Source: an uncultured Gemmatimonadales bacterium
GTDB taxonomy: Bacteria; Gemmatimonadota; Gemmatimonadetes; Longimicrobiales; RSA9
DNA: 64,000 bases
NCBI GenBank assembly: GCA_963741945.1
Contig: CAVUKA010000003.1
Location: 691,998-755,997 of the forward strand
Reading direction: 5' to 3'
Shown: in pieces, positions 18,560 to 28,686 of the stretch
Layout of the letters: each line of letters opens with the position of its first letter
Position numbering within the stretch: the stretch's first letter is position 1
The notes under the pieces: model-generated
What the model was told of the DNA's origin: nothing
Databases searched by the model: none
The model's input: the letters and a program-made list of their open reading frames with translations, nothing else
Position numbers and translations under genes: made by a program

Positions 18560-18856
18560 ATGAACCGGATGATCGCCTACTGCGGGTCCGACTGCGACGC
18601 CTGTCCCATCTACCTGGCCACGCCCGACGCCTGGGGCATCGAATCCGTCGCCGCGGCCATAACCGACTGCGACGGCTGCCGCGCCGGCGAGCGCCTCTTC
18701 GCCGAGTGCGAGGAGTGTGAGATCCGCACATGCGCCGTGGCCAGCGGCCTGGACGGCTGCGCCGCGTGCGACGAGTATCCCTGCGACTTCCTCCGCCCCC
18801 ACCTCGCCTGCGATCCCGACGCTCGCGCACGACTGGAGCAGATCCGGGTCGGCTGA
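18560..18856 (+). CDS. Cys-rich DUF3795-like protein
   Basis: IAYCGSDCDACP, CDGCR, CEECEIRTCA, CAACDEYPC. Confidence 0.8.
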   Translation: MNRMIAYCGSDCDACPIYLATPDAWGIESVAAAITDCDGCRAGERLFAECEECEIRTCAVASGLDGCAACDEYPCDFLRPHLACDPDARARLEQIRVG

Positions 18857-18901
18857 GGACTGCCGCCGGGCCGCCGCGGCCGCCCGCGCCCCCCCGCCGG
18901 C

Positions 18902-19294
18902 TCAGGGGGCGAACAACCCCACCACGGCGAAGCAGAGGGCGAGGACCGTCGCCAGCGGCGTCATCACCCATCGCTCCACCCGCGACCGCGACGACGCGTT
19001 CCCCACCGCGTTCAGCGCGAAGAACACCGCCGAGACCCACGTGGCCGCGTGCACCGACACCGGCTCCGGCCCCGGCCGTACCAGTCCCGCCCGCGCCAGG
19101 ACCACCCACCCCGCCACCGCCAGCATGAACACCGCCGCGACACTCCCCAGCCGCAGCCTCGGAGGCAGCACGCGGTGCTCACCCCCCCATGCCGCGCGCC
19201 CGAGCGGGAACCCCGCGGCAAGGAGGGCCTGGAGGAGGATGACCCCGGCCAGCACGGCCGCGGCCACCAACGCTGCGATTTCTGGAAGTGTCAT
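18902..19294 (-). CDS. Small 4-TM membrane protein
   Basis: QALLAAGFPLGRAAWGG, LRLGS, NASSRSRVERW; conserved-looking hypothetical family. Confidence 0.7.
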   Translation of the reverse strand: MTLPEIAALVAAAVLAGVILLQALLAAGFPLGRAAWGGEHRVLPPRLRLGSVAAVFMLAVAGWVVLARAGLVRPGPEPVSVHAATWVSAVFFALNAVGNASSRSRVERWVMTPLATVLALCFAVVGLFAP

Positions 19295-19620
19295 GCGTCC
19301 GTCCCGGGTCCGGGCGCAACCTATGCCGCGCCCGCCCATGGCGCACGGCCGGCCCCATCGCCCCCCCGGGGCGGGGTCGGCGCCATTGTGCTTGAAAATG
19401 TGACGATCGTTGAACATATTGCGTCATTGACCGGGCGGCCCGCTGGATGGGCAGCCGGAGACTCACACGTCGGCCTGTGCGATCCGCGTCGTTTTCCCCA
19501 CCCCCTGGGCGCACCACCCGATCGCGGGCGGACCTGAAATGCTGGAGCATCCAGCCCACGCCCGGTCCGCGACACGTGCTCGCGCCAGGTGGAGGGCCCG
19601 GAGACTCCCGGGGTGGGAGC

Positions 19621-19866
19621 ATGCGACTCACGCGGTACCGAACCGTACTCTCTCTTCTGCTCGCACTCGTCGCGGGCGCGACCTCACTGTTCATCACGCT
19701 GCGGTTCACGGACTGGCAGCGGATCACCTGCGTGGCGGTGTCGGCGCTGGTGTTCGCGGCTCCACTGCTGCTGCGCAGTGAAATCGAGCTGCGCAGGAAG
19801 CGCGCGCGATCCGAGCGGTTCATGCGGGAGATCATGGGGGAGGCCGACGACGGTCGCGAGATGTGA
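19621..19866 (+). CDS. Hypothetical 2-TM protein
   Basis: 81 aa, two hydrophobic helices and a charged tail. Confidence 0.5.
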   Translation: MRLTRYRTVLSLLLALVAGATSLFITLRFTDWQRITCVAVSALVFAAPLLLRSEIELRRKRARSERFMREIMGEADDGREM

Positions 19867-19998
19867 AGCGCGGCCCCGGTGGGCGGCGGAGTGCTGCGCC
19901 GGGGTGGTCGGTGCGCCACCCGCTTGCCCGCCGCCCCGGCCGCCGGTAGCGTTCGGGGCTCACGCACGACAACACGGGACGCACGGCGGGAGAAGCGG

Positions 19999-20616
19999 TT
20001 GGACGCGCTCACGGTACGGGGGCTGACCCGGAGCTTCGGTCCGCTCCGGGTGCTGGACGACATCGATTTCACGGTCCCGCGGGGCAGCGTGGCCGTGCTG
20101 CTGGGACCGAACGGGTCGGGCAAGACCACGCTGCTGCGCTGTGTTGTGGGTGCGGAGCACCCGGACGCGGGGGAGGTGCACCTCGAAGGACACCGCATGG
20201 ACGAGACGGATCCATGGGTCCGGGCTGCCGTGGCCGCGGTGCTGGACGACATGGATTTCTTCCCCGACCTTTCGGTGGTCGAGCACCTGGAGTTGCTGGC
20301 GCTTGCCCACGGCGGGGATCCTGCGGCCGTCGCGGGAGTGGTGACGGAGCTGGGTCTCGACCCGGCGCGGGATCAGCTGCCGGCGACGTTGTCCAGCGGC
20401 CAGCGTCGCCGGCTGGCGCTGGCCTCGTGCTTCGTCCGCCCTCGTCGCCTGCTCGTGCTGGACGAGCCCGAACAGCGCCTCGATGTGGGCGGCAGGGCGT
20501 GGCTGCGGGACCGGCTCCTCCGCGAGAAGGCCAGCGGCACGGCCGTGCTGATGGCGTCCCACGACCCCGAGCTCGTGGACGCCGTGGCCGATGTCCGGAT
20601 CGAGCTGGGCGCGTGA
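19999..20616 (+). CDS. ABC transporter ATP-binding protein
   Basis: Walker A GPNGSGKTT, signature LSSGQ, Walker B LLVLDEPE, SHD. Probable TTG start. Confidence 0.92.
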   Translation: MDALTVRGLTRSFGPLRVLDDIDFTVPRGSVAVLLGPNGSGKTTLLRCVVGAEHPDAGEVHLEGHRMDETDPWVRAAVAAVLDDMDFFPDLSVVEHLELLALAHGGDPAAVAGVVTELGLDPARDQLPATLSSGQRRRLALASCFVRPRRLLVLDEPEQRLDVGGRAWLRDRLLREKASGTAVLMASHDPELVDAVADVRIELGA

Positions 20617-22049
20617 GCGCCACGGCGCTGGACGCCGGGCGGATCCCCGCGCCTTCCACCTGGCGACGACGGCTCCGGCGCGCGCGTCGCACCCACCACC
20701 CTCGCTCCACCGGCGACCTCCTCACGGACCTGTACATGCTGCTCTGGGTCCTGGTGGTGTACGGGGGCGCGCTGGTGTCCGTCGTGCGGGAGCACCTGCG
20801 CACTCCGGTGGGCGTTCCGGGTGTGGCGGTGGAGCGACTGTGGATTGCCAGCGCGGTGCTGCTGGCGGGCGCCGGCCTGACCTGGCGCGGCCTGCGCGCG
20901 GTGGGCCCCATCGTCGCCTCTCCGTCCGAGCAGTCGTGGGGCGTGGCCACGCCCATGGACCGGCGACGCTGGCTCCTGCCGCGCTTCCTGATCCTGCTGC
21001 TGGCCGGGCTGCTGGGCGGCGCGGCGGCCGCGGGGCTGGTGGTGGTGCTCGGGATGCAGGGCCACGGCTTCCGCGCGGCCCTGATCGCCGGCGGCGTCTG
21101 GGGGCTGGGAAGCGTCGCGGCCGCCGTGGCGGCGCAGGCGAGTGCACGACCGCGGGGCCATGGGCGCCGGCGCCGCCGGGTCGCGCTCGCCGGCCCGGTC
21201 CTGACGCTCGCCGGGGCCGCCGCCGCGGGCGCGGTGGTGGCGGCGCATTACGGCGGCCGCCTCCTCCCGCGACCGCCAGCCGCGCTCGTGCCGGGGCTCG
21301 TTGCCATGGGCGCCGTTTTCGCCACCGTAGCTCTGGCCGCGGCCATTCTCGCGCTGCGGCGCATCGACCGCGCCGCCCTCGGCGCCGGCGCTGACATCGC
21401 GGCGGCCGCGCTCAGCGCCACCGCCTGGACCGATCCCACGCTCCTCACCCGTGTTCTCGAAGTCCGCCGCTGGCGACGCGTGGGCCGGGTGCGCAGCCGA
21501 CACTTCCTCCCTGCCGTGCCCGGGCTGTCGCCCCGCGTGTGGGCCCTGCTGCAGGGCGATGCCCGGCGGGTGGCGAGGCGCCCGATGTCGCTCGTGGTGT
21601 GGGCCGCGCTGGGGCTGGCGCAGTACGCCATCGCGGTGGTGGCGCCACCGGTGGCGGGCGTGGCCCACGTGATCGCCGCGTACGTGGCGGCGGGCCGCCT
21701 GACGAGCGGACTTCGCACCGTGGCCGGCTCGGCGGGGCTGCGGCGCTCGATCGGCGGCGGGGAGGCGGAGCTCCGGCTCGTGCACCTGGTCGTGCCCGCC
21801 GTGGGCACGGCCCTCTGGTGGGTCCTGACCTGGCCCGCCGGCGGGCCGCCACTGGGGTCCGCCGAAGTGTTCCTGGTCCTCGGCATCGTGGCGGCTGCGT
21901 ACCGCTCCGCAACGCGTCCTCCCATGCGGTATGGCGCGTCCACCATGGACTCCCCCGTGGGCCTCTTCCCCACGGACCTGCTGCTGCAGATCGCGCGAGG
22001 GCCGGATCTCCTGGGCGTGGTGCTGATCGTGCGACTGATCCTCCGTTGA
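20613..22049 (+). CDS. ABC-associated membrane protein (DUF6297-like)
   Basis: GTGA overlap with the ATPase, multi-TM, SEQSWGVATPMDRRRWL motif. Confidence 0.65.
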   Translation: MSATALDAGRIPAPSTWRRRLRRARRTHHPRSTGDLLTDLYMLLWVLVVYGGALVSVVREHLRTPVGVPGVAVERLWIASAVLLAGAGLTWRGLRAVGPIVASPSEQSWGVATPMDRRRWLLPRFLILLLAGLLGGAAAAGLVVVLGMQGHGFRAALIAGGVWGLGSVAAAVAAQASARPRGHGRRRRRVALAGPVLTLAGAAAAGAVVAAHYGGRLLPRPPAALVPGLVAMGAVFATVALAAAILALRRIDRAALGAGADIAAAALSATAWTDPTLLTRVLEVRRWRRVGRVRSRHFLPAVPGLSPRVWALLQGDARRVARRPMSLVVWAALGLAQYAIAVVAPPVAGVAHVIAAYVAAGRLTSGLRTVAGSAGLRRSIGGGEAELRLVHLVVPAVGTALWWVLTWPAGGPPLGSAEVFLVLGIVAAAYRSATRPPMRYGASTMDSPVGLFPTDLLLQIARGPDLLGVVLIVRLILR

Positions 22050-22185
22050 GCGGACCGGGAGACCGCGACCGGAGAGACGGTGGCGGCGGACGCCGGGCAT
22101 TGCCACGGCCCCGTGTCCCTCACCACTCTACTTCCCGCAGCGTGCGCGGACCGGGCGCACCACGACTCTCGGCCGGAGGACGGAG

Positions 22186-23049
22186 ATGAGGAGGACGGGG
22201 GCCGCGTTTCTCGTGGCCGGCCTCGCGTGGATGGCCATCTCGGGATGCGACGATGGCACTTCACCCGGCAGCGACCTGATCGGGGAGTACACGGCCGTCG
22301 AAGTCGACGGGGGCTCGCTCCCGACCCGGTGGCGCCCCGCGGTCGACCTGACCGGCGCCCTCCTCACCATCGGAGACGCCCCTACCCGGCAGTTCGCCAT
22401 CGCGTATCTGCTCGCGGTGCACGACACCACCCCACCCCCACCCCCGGACACCACGACGCCGCCCGACACCACCGGCTCGCCGCCGGACACGAGCGCGGCC
22501 AGCCCGGCGGAGGCGCGGCTCGCCCGTGCGCTCCGCGGGGCCGGGGCCCCCGCGGCCCCCGCTGACCGCATCACCACCGACACCTGCTTCGTCCACGGCA
22601 GCTGGAAGATGGAGGGCGGCTCGTTCGTGGTGCTGGACAGCACCATCGCTGTGGCGGGGAGCATGTGCGGTCCCGAGATCGCACTGTCCGAAGCGTCGGG
22701 CGCCATCGCCGCCGACGTGGACGCGACGGAAGAGGAGGGGGGACCCTACCACGCTCTCCGGTTCGAGCCCCGGCGAGTGGCGCAACTGGCGGCCTCGCCG
22801 GACTCGCTGCTCTTCGGCGCGCTCCAGCAGACCCGGACGTTCCACGTCCTGCTCACGGACCAGGCGGGCGTCGCCTACGACGCGCGCACCGAGCTCGGCC
22901 TCGCGCTCCAGGGCGCGCCCATCGTGGCGCTGGTGCAGAGCGGTGCCCCCGACTCGCTGTCGCTCATGTCCATCGGCACCGGGCGGGCGCAGCTGATCCT
23001 CTTCGGTGGAGCGCGCGCCGACACCATCGGGATCACGGTGATCCAGTAG
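22186..23049 (+). CDS. Hypothetical lipoprotein with Pro/Thr linker
   Basis: Lipobox ISGC, DTTPPPPPDTTTPPDTT repeat, Ig-like C-terminus. Confidence 0.65.
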   Translation: MRRTGAAFLVAGLAWMAISGCDDGTSPGSDLIGEYTAVEVDGGSLPTRWRPAVDLTGALLTIGDAPTRQFAIAYLLAVHDTTPPPPPDTTTPPDTTGSPPDTSAASPAEARLARALRGAGAPAAPADRITTDTCFVHGSWKMEGGSFVVLDSTIAVAGSMCGPEIALSEASGAIAADVDATEEEGGPYHALRFEPRRVAQLAASPDSLLFGALQQTRTFHVLLTDQAGVAYDARTELGLALQGAPIVALVQSGAPDSLSLMSIGTGRAQLILFGGARADTIGITVIQ

Positions 23050-23126
23050 CGAGGCCACCCCCTTCCCACGCGTCCCGCGCCCCGCCATACTCCCCACGTT
23101 CACGCAACCGAATCAGGGCGAAGGTG

Positions 23127-24038
23127 ATGAAGCAGGCACGGACGATCGGTGGCGCCGCGGCGCTGCTGGCAATGGTGGTGGGAACGGCCAGCGCGGCCAT
23201 GTGGGGAGCGACCGGTCACGAGATCGTGGGCGAAGTGGCAGCGGCGGGGCTGCCCGGCGACATGCCCGCCTTCTTCCGGGACGCCGCGCCCCAGCTCCGC
23301 TGGCTCGACCCGGAGCCGGACCGGTGGCGCGACCGTCAGGCCACGGCGATGGACGAGGCGTTCAAGTACGACCACTTCATCGACCTGGAGAACGTCCCTG
23401 CCGCGGCGCTCGCGGCGCCCGACCGGTACACGTACCTGGAAGCGCTCTTCGCCGCGGGGCTGAAGAACCCGCAGCAGTCGGCCGGGTTCCTGCCCTTCCG
23501 CATCCTGGAGCTGCAGGAGCGGGTGACGAACGGCTTCGCCCGCTGGCGGCGAGCCGGTAGCGAGCAGGAGCGGCGCTGGATCGAGGCGAGGGTCATCAAC
23601 GACGCCGGAATCCTCGGGCACTACGTGGCCGACGGCTCCAACCCGCACCACACCACCATCCACTACAACGGCTGGGCCGAGGAGGCCCCGAACCCGCGGG
23701 GGTTCACCACGGCCCACGACATCCACTGGCGCTTCGAGAGCCTGTTCGTGGACGCACACGTGAACGTCACGGACGTGGCCGCGGCGGTCCCGGCCGGCAC
23801 GCACGTCGTGCCGGACGTGCGGCAGGGGATCATGGACTACCTCATGGCCACGCACGCGCAGGTGGTCCCGCTCTACGAGATCGAGCAGAACGTGGGCTTT
23901 CCCGGCGACTCCGCCACCGCCGCGCCGGCCGCGCAGGCGTTCGTCGTCGACCGCCTCGCCGCGGGCGCCGAGATGCTGCGCGCACTCTGGTACACGGCCT
24001 GGGTCGACAGCGACGCCGTGGCGAAGCGCCTCCGCTGA
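23127..24038 (+). CDS. Secreted S1/P1 nuclease-like zinc enzyme
   Basis: Signal peptide then WGATGH, HFID, HYVADGSNPHH, HWRFE. Confidence 0.85.
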   Translation: MKQARTIGGAAALLAMVVGTASAAMWGATGHEIVGEVAAAGLPGDMPAFFRDAAPQLRWLDPEPDRWRDRQATAMDEAFKYDHFIDLENVPAAALAAPDRYTYLEALFAAGLKNPQQSAGFLPFRILELQERVTNGFARWRRAGSEQERRWIEARVINDAGILGHYVADGSNPHHTTIHYNGWAEEAPNPRGFTTAHDIHWRFESLFVDAHVNVTDVAAAVPAGTHVVPDVRQGIMDYLMATHAQVVPLYEIEQNVGFPGDSATAAPAAQAFVVDRLAAGAEMLRALWYTAWVDSDAVAKRLR

Positions 24039-24044
24039 GGGGAC

Positions 24045-25274
24045 ATGGACATGATCGATCGCATACGCGCGCAGTTCCCCGCCCTGGCCCGGCAGGTGAA
24101 CGGGCACCCCGTCGCCTATTTCGACGGCCCGGGCGGCACACAGGTGCCCGCGGCCGTGGCGGACGCGGTGCGCTCCTACCTGCTGGAGCACAACGCTAAC
24201 GAAGGGTGGAACTATCCCACCAGTCAGGAGACCGACGCGCTGCTGTCGGAGGGGCGCGCGGCCATGGCCGACCTTTTCGGCGCGCTGCCTGACGAGATCG
24301 CGTTCGGTCAGAACATGACCACGCTCACGCTGCGGCTGTCACGGGCGCTCGGGCGCGAGCTGGAGCCGGGCGACCGGGTGGTGGTGACCGAGCTGGACCA
24401 CCACGCCAACGTGGACCCGTGGAAAGCGCTGGCGGATGAGCGCGGGGCCGAGATCCGGGTGGTGCGCATGAATCCCGGCTCCGGCACGCTGGACCTGGAC
24501 GACCTCCACAGCGCCCTGGCCGAGCCCACGAGCCTCGTCGCCATCGGGGCCGCATCGAACGCGCTGGGCACCATCTCCAATGTGGCCGAGGCGGCCGCCC
24601 TCGCGCACGACGCCGGCGCCACGGTGTTCGTGGACGCCGTCCATTACGCGCCCCACGAGCTGGTGGACGTCCACGCCCTCGGTGCTGACTTCCTGGCGGC
24701 CTCCCCGTACAAGTTCTACGGCCCCCACCTGGGCGTCCTCTGGGGGCCCGGCGAGGCCATGGAGCGGCTGCGTCTCCCCCGCGTGGCATCCGCGCCGGAC
24801 CACGCGCCGGAGCGGTTCGAGACGGGGACCATCAGCTTCGAGGCCGTGGCCGGCGCCACCGCGGCCGTGGATTTCCTCGCCTCATTCGGTGATGACGCCG
24901 CGGCCGGCGACAACCGCCGCGCCCGTCTGCGGCGGGCCTACGAAGCGCTGAAGGAGCGTGGAGAGGGTCTGTTCCGGGCACTGTGGGACGGGATGAACGA
25001 GATCCCCGGCGTCGCCACCTACGGCCCGCCTCCGGGCGCCCGCCGCACGCCCACACTGGGCTTCGCCATTGCGGACCGGGATCCCCGGGATGCCGTGGCC
25101 GCTTACGCAGCGGAAGGGATCTTCGTCACGCACGGCGACTTCTACGCCACCACGGTCATCCAGCGCCTCGGACGCGGGGGGCCCGGGATCCTGCGCGCGG
25201 GGTGCGTCGCGTACACGTCGGACGAGGAAGTCCAGCGGCTCGTGGACGCCACGGCGAGGATCGCCGCCGGCTGA
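24045..25274 (+). CDS. Cysteine desulfurase-like PLP enzyme (VC1184 family)
   Basis: YFDGPGGTQVP, LDHHANVDPW, ASNALGT, VDAVHYAPH, SPYKFYGPH, FETGT. Confidence 0.92.
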   Translation: MDMIDRIRAQFPALARQVNGHPVAYFDGPGGTQVPAAVADAVRSYLLEHNANEGWNYPTSQETDALLSEGRAAMADLFGALPDEIAFGQNMTTLTLRLSRALGRELEPGDRVVVTELDHHANVDPWKALADERGAEIRVVRMNPGSGTLDLDDLHSALAEPTSLVAIGAASNALGTISNVAEAAALAHDAGATVFVDAVHYAPHELVDVHALGADFLAASPYKFYGPHLGVLWGPGEAMERLRLPRVASAPDHAPERFETGTISFEAVAGATAAVDFLASFGDDAAAGDNRRARLRRAYEALKERGEGLFRALWDGMNEIPGVATYGPPPGARRTPTLGFAIADRDPRDAVAAYAAEGIFVTHGDFYATTVIQRLGRGGPGILRAGCVAYTSDEEVQRLVDATARIAAG

Positions 25275-25316
25275 CGACCGGGGACGGCCGGTCTCTCTCC
25301 TCCCGGCCCGCCCGTC

Positions 25317-26429
25317 TCAGAGCCGAACCGCCGCGCCTCCCCGGGAGACCGTGTCAGCGGCCGACCCCTCCGGCTCGAGCCACGCCTCCAGCTGCTCGGC
25401 GCGCCGCTCCTTCGTGTGTTCGGCCAGTACCCGCGCCCTCGCCGCCTCGCCGATGGACCGGCGGTCCGCCGCGTGCATCGTCAGCGCTTCCAGCACGCCG
25501 TCCGGCCCGCCGGGGAGCACGATCTCACGGCCGGGCGTGAACAGCTCTTCCAGCCCCTCCCACCGATCCGACAGCATCGGCGCGCCGCACGCCGCCGCTT
25601 CGAACAAACGCACGGAAGGTGACCATCCGGCCCGCTTCATGTCCGCTCGTGTCAGGTTCAGCTGCCACGCCGAGCTGGAATAGAACGCGGCGTGACGGGC
25701 GGGCGGGACGTGGTCGATGTGACGGACGTTCCGCGGCCAGCTCCCGGGATCGGGATACTGGGGCCCGCCCACGACGAAGCTCGCCGCCGCGCGTCGGCGC
25801 GCCGGCTCCAGCAGCAGCCGCTCCATCCCGGGAGCGCGGTCGTCGCTGTACGTGCCCATGTACGCCAGGTCGGCCACGAACTCGGGATCCGGATCCACCG
25901 GTCGATACAGCTCGGCGTCCACGGAGCAGTAGAGCGGCCTGGCGTCGCGGGCCCCCAGCTCCGCTTCCAGCACTTCGGACAGGAACGGGCCCCCGGTGAA
26001 CGAGAAATAGCGGTGGAAGAGCGGTACCTGGTCCGGCCGCAGCGACACGGTCTCCCCCCGGCGCAGCTGCGCCACCGTGACGGGCGTGTCAATGTCATAG
26101 AAGCAGAGCCGCTGGGCGCCCGCGCCGGCCAGGGCATCGATCACTCTCGGCCCTTCGTGGACGTACGACCCCACGATCGTGGCATCGGCCTCCCGCGCTT
26201 CGGCCAGCGCCCGCCCGGCCACGGCGTCCCACGACGCGTACAGCTCCAGCCGGCAGAAGTCGGGGTCCGGCAGGTCACGATGCTCGCCCCAGTACCACGG
26301 CGCGTCCCACTCGTAGAACACCACCTCGTGGCCCCGGGCCGAGAACGCACGGAGCAGCGCCCGGTACGTGGTGGCGTGACCGTTCCCCCAGCTCGAGCTC
26401 AATGACAGTCCGACCACCACGACCTTCAT
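25317..26429 (-). CDS. CgeB-family glycosyltransferase
   Basis: MKVVVVGLSLSSSWGNGHATTYR, YDIDTPVT, SPSVRLFEAAACG. Confidence 0.9.
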   Translation of the reverse strand: MKVVVVGLSLSSSWGNGHATTYRALLRAFSARGHEVVFYEWDAPWYWGEHRDLPDPDFCRLELYASWDAVAGRALAEAREADATIVGSYVHEGPRVIDALAGAGAQRLCFYDIDTPVTVAQLRRGETVSLRPDQVPLFHRYFSFTGGPFLSEVLEAELGARDARPLYCSVDAELYRPVDPDPEFVADLAYMGTYSDDRAPGMERLLLEPARRRAAASFVVGGPQYPDPGSWPRNVRHIDHVPPARHAAFYSSSAWQLNLTRADMKRAGWSPSVRLFEAAACGAPMLSDRWEGLEELFTPGREIVLPGGPDGVLEALTMHAADRRSIGEAARARVLAEHTKERRAEQLEAWLEPEGSAADTVSRGGAAVRL

Positions 26430-27547
26430 CGGCTCGCCCCCTCCCGGAGGATCGCGTCCACCTGCTCCGCCCGGCTCGCGTACGTGTGATCGCGCAGCGC
26501 GCGGCGTCGCCCGGCGTCGCCCACCTCGCGCGCCCGCTCGAGCCCCACGTCCCGGACCATCCCGGCCACGTCGTCGGGCGTCCGCGCCACCAGGATCTCC
26601 CGTCCCGGCTCGAAGAACGCTTCGATCCCCGTCCAGGCGTCGCTCACCTGGCACGCGGCGGCGCCGGCCGCTTCGAACATGCGCGTGGCGGGCGAGTACC
26701 CGTTCTCCACCATTGAATCCCGGTGGATGTTCAGCACCAGCCGGGCGGCACCGTTCAGCTCGTTGTGCCTCGCCGTGGGCACATGCCCGAGGTAATCGAC
26801 ATTCCCGGGCATGGCGCGATCGCCCCAGCCGCTCCCGCCCAGCGCGAACGAGTGGTGCGGGCACGCCGCCGCCACGTCGAAGAAGAACGCGTCGACCCTC
26901 GCCTCACGGTCCGGGAGGCGGTTCCCCATGAAGAACGCATCCCAGCGCGGGGGTCCGCCGTTCCGCTCCGGCCGGTGCTCGGCCGGGTCCAGCCCGTTGT
27001 AGACGGGGGTGCACGCCCGAGCCCCCAGCCGCTCGTACTCCCGCACCACCGGCGGGCCGCCGCCGTACGTGAACACGTGGTCGAAGAGCGGGAGGTGGCG
27101 GTGGAAGGGGTCGTCCGGGTCCACGCGCAGCCGGGCGAGCGTGGCCGGAGCGTCCACGTCCCAGAACGCGGTCCTTGCGACGCCGGGCGCCCGCGCCGCT
27201 CCGGCCGATCCGGCGGCGCGGGATTCCACGGCCCCGCCGGCGGCGATGGCACGCTCCAGCGCGGCGTCCCACACGCCCACGCCGCTGCACTTGATGACCC
27301 AGTCGCTGTGGCGGAGGGCCTCGGCCACCAGCCGGTCCCGCTCCTCCTCCGAATCGTAGACCACGACACGTGCGTAGTCCGGGTCCTCGGTCAGGTCGCG
27401 GTTCGCCTGGCGGTCGAACGCATCGGGCTCGCAGAACGTGATGTCGAACCCGCGCTCCGCCAGCGCGCGCAGGAGGCCGCGGTAGTAGGTGGCCGCGCCG
27501 TTCCAGTACGCGGAAACCAGGGAAGATCCGAAGAAGGTGAGCTTCAT
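26426..27547 (-). CDS. CgeB-family glycosyltransferase
   Basis: MKLTFFGSSLVSAYWNGAATYYRG, FWDVDAPAT, SPATRMFEAAGA. Confidence 0.9.
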   Translation of the reverse strand: MKLTFFGSSLVSAYWNGAATYYRGLLRALAERGFDITFCEPDAFDRQANRDLTEDPDYARVVVYDSEEERDRLVAEALRHSDWVIKCSGVGVWDAALERAIAAGGAVESRAAGSAGAARAPGVARTAFWDVDAPATLARLRVDPDDPFHRHLPLFDHVFTYGGGPPVVREYERLGARACTPVYNGLDPAEHRPERNGGPPRWDAFFMGNRLPDREARVDAFFFDVAAACPHHSFALGGSGWGDRAMPGNVDYLGHVPTARHNELNGAARLVLNIHRDSMVENGYSPATRMFEAAGAAACQVSDAWTGIEAFFEPGREILVARTPDDVAGMVRDVGLERAREVGDAGRRRALRDHTYASRAEQVDAILREGASR

Positions 27548-27561
27548 CGCGTTCCGGGCGT

Positions 27562-28686
27562 TCAGGATACCGCGCGCAGCGCGGCCTTGCCCGGGTTGTT
27601 CCGGCCACCACGGCCGGTGAGCTCGAAATAGAGCGCCTCGTAGCGATCGGCCATGTGCGCGGCCGTGTAGTCGGTCCGGGCGCGGATCCTGGCCTGCCAC
27701 GCCTGCTCGTTCAGCTGCTGCGCATCCTCGAGCAGGTTCTCCAGGCGCACCGCCAGGTCCGCGGCGCTCCCCGGCTCGAAGAAGGAGGCCGCGTCCGTCC
27801 ACAGCTCCCGGAAGGAGCCGATCCCACTCAGCAGGAGCGCGCAGCCGTGCGCGGCCGCCTCCAGCGGGGAAAGCCCGAACGGCTCGTACAGTGACGACCC
27901 GATATAGACGCGCGTGTTCTGGTAGAAACGGTCCATGGCCGCGCCCGGGACTTCCCCGTGGGCAATGAGGCGGTTCACCACCGCCCGCTCGCCCGCCGGC
28001 CCCTCCAGCGGACCCACCAGGTGGACCGACGGCGCCTGGTCCCCCATACGCTCGAGCGCCTGTTCCACCACGGCCACGCCCTTGGCCTCGTCCCACGCCC
28101 GCCCGGCCAGCAGCACCATGGGACGGTGCGACGCCCGCACTTCGTCGCGCGGCACGTCCGGTGGACGGATGCCGTTGTGGATCACGCGCGCGGCCGTTCG
28201 ACCGTAGTGCTGCGCCAGCCGCCCCGACTGGTACGCCGTGGGCGCCACCACGGCGCTCGCCGCGGTCAGGGCGGCGCGCACCAGCTTCGTGTACGCATCC
28301 CAGGCGGGGGGCGGGTCGACGCCTTGGACATCGACGAACCAGGAGCGCACATCGCTGTGGGCCGTGACCAGGACCGGGGCGTCGAACCGGCCCACGGCGT
28401 ACGCGAACTGATTCAGGTGAATGACGTCGGGCCGCCAGCGTGCGGCCACCCGCTCCAGCCACTCCGTCCCCCGCTCCAGGTCCTGACCGGGGTCGGGCAT
28501 CCATTCGAGCGCCAGCGCCTGGCTGACCACTTCCACGTCCGTCGGGAGCGACGCCGCGCGCTCGTCCGACAGCTCGCCGAGCACCGCGATGGCGCAGCTG
28601 TGCCCGCGCTCGAGAAGCTCGCGCACGAGCGTGTCCGTGTACCGCCAGACTCCGCCGACAGTATCCGTCGTGAGAAGAATCCTCAT
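27562..28686 (-). CDS. GT4 glycosyltransferase
   Basis: MRILLTTDTVGGVW, GRAWDEAKG, YEPFGLSPLEAA. Confidence 0.92.
   Translation of the reverse strand: MRILLTTDTVGGVWRYTDTLVRELLERGHSCAIAVLGELSDERAASLPTDVEVVSQALALEWMPDPGQDLERGTEWLERVAARWRPDVIHLNQFAYAVGRFDAPVLVTAHSDVRSWFVDVQGVDPPPAWDAYTKLVRAALTAASAVVAPTAYQSGRLAQHYGRTAARVIHNGIRPPDVPRDEVRASHRPMVLLAGRAWDEAKGVAVVEQALERMGDQAPSVHLVGPLEGPAGERAVVNRLIAHGEVPGAAMDRFYQNTRVYIGSSLYEPFGLSPLEAAAHGCALLLSGIGSFRELWTDAASFFEPGSAADLAVRLENLLEDAQQLNEQAWQARIRARTDYTAAHMADRYEALYFELTGRGGRNNPGKAALRAVS

Noticed and set aside
19386-19430. AT-rich patch with TGTGA resembling a CRP/FNR site
   Set aside because: The second half-site (TCACA) is missing at the required spacing; probably just promoter DNA.
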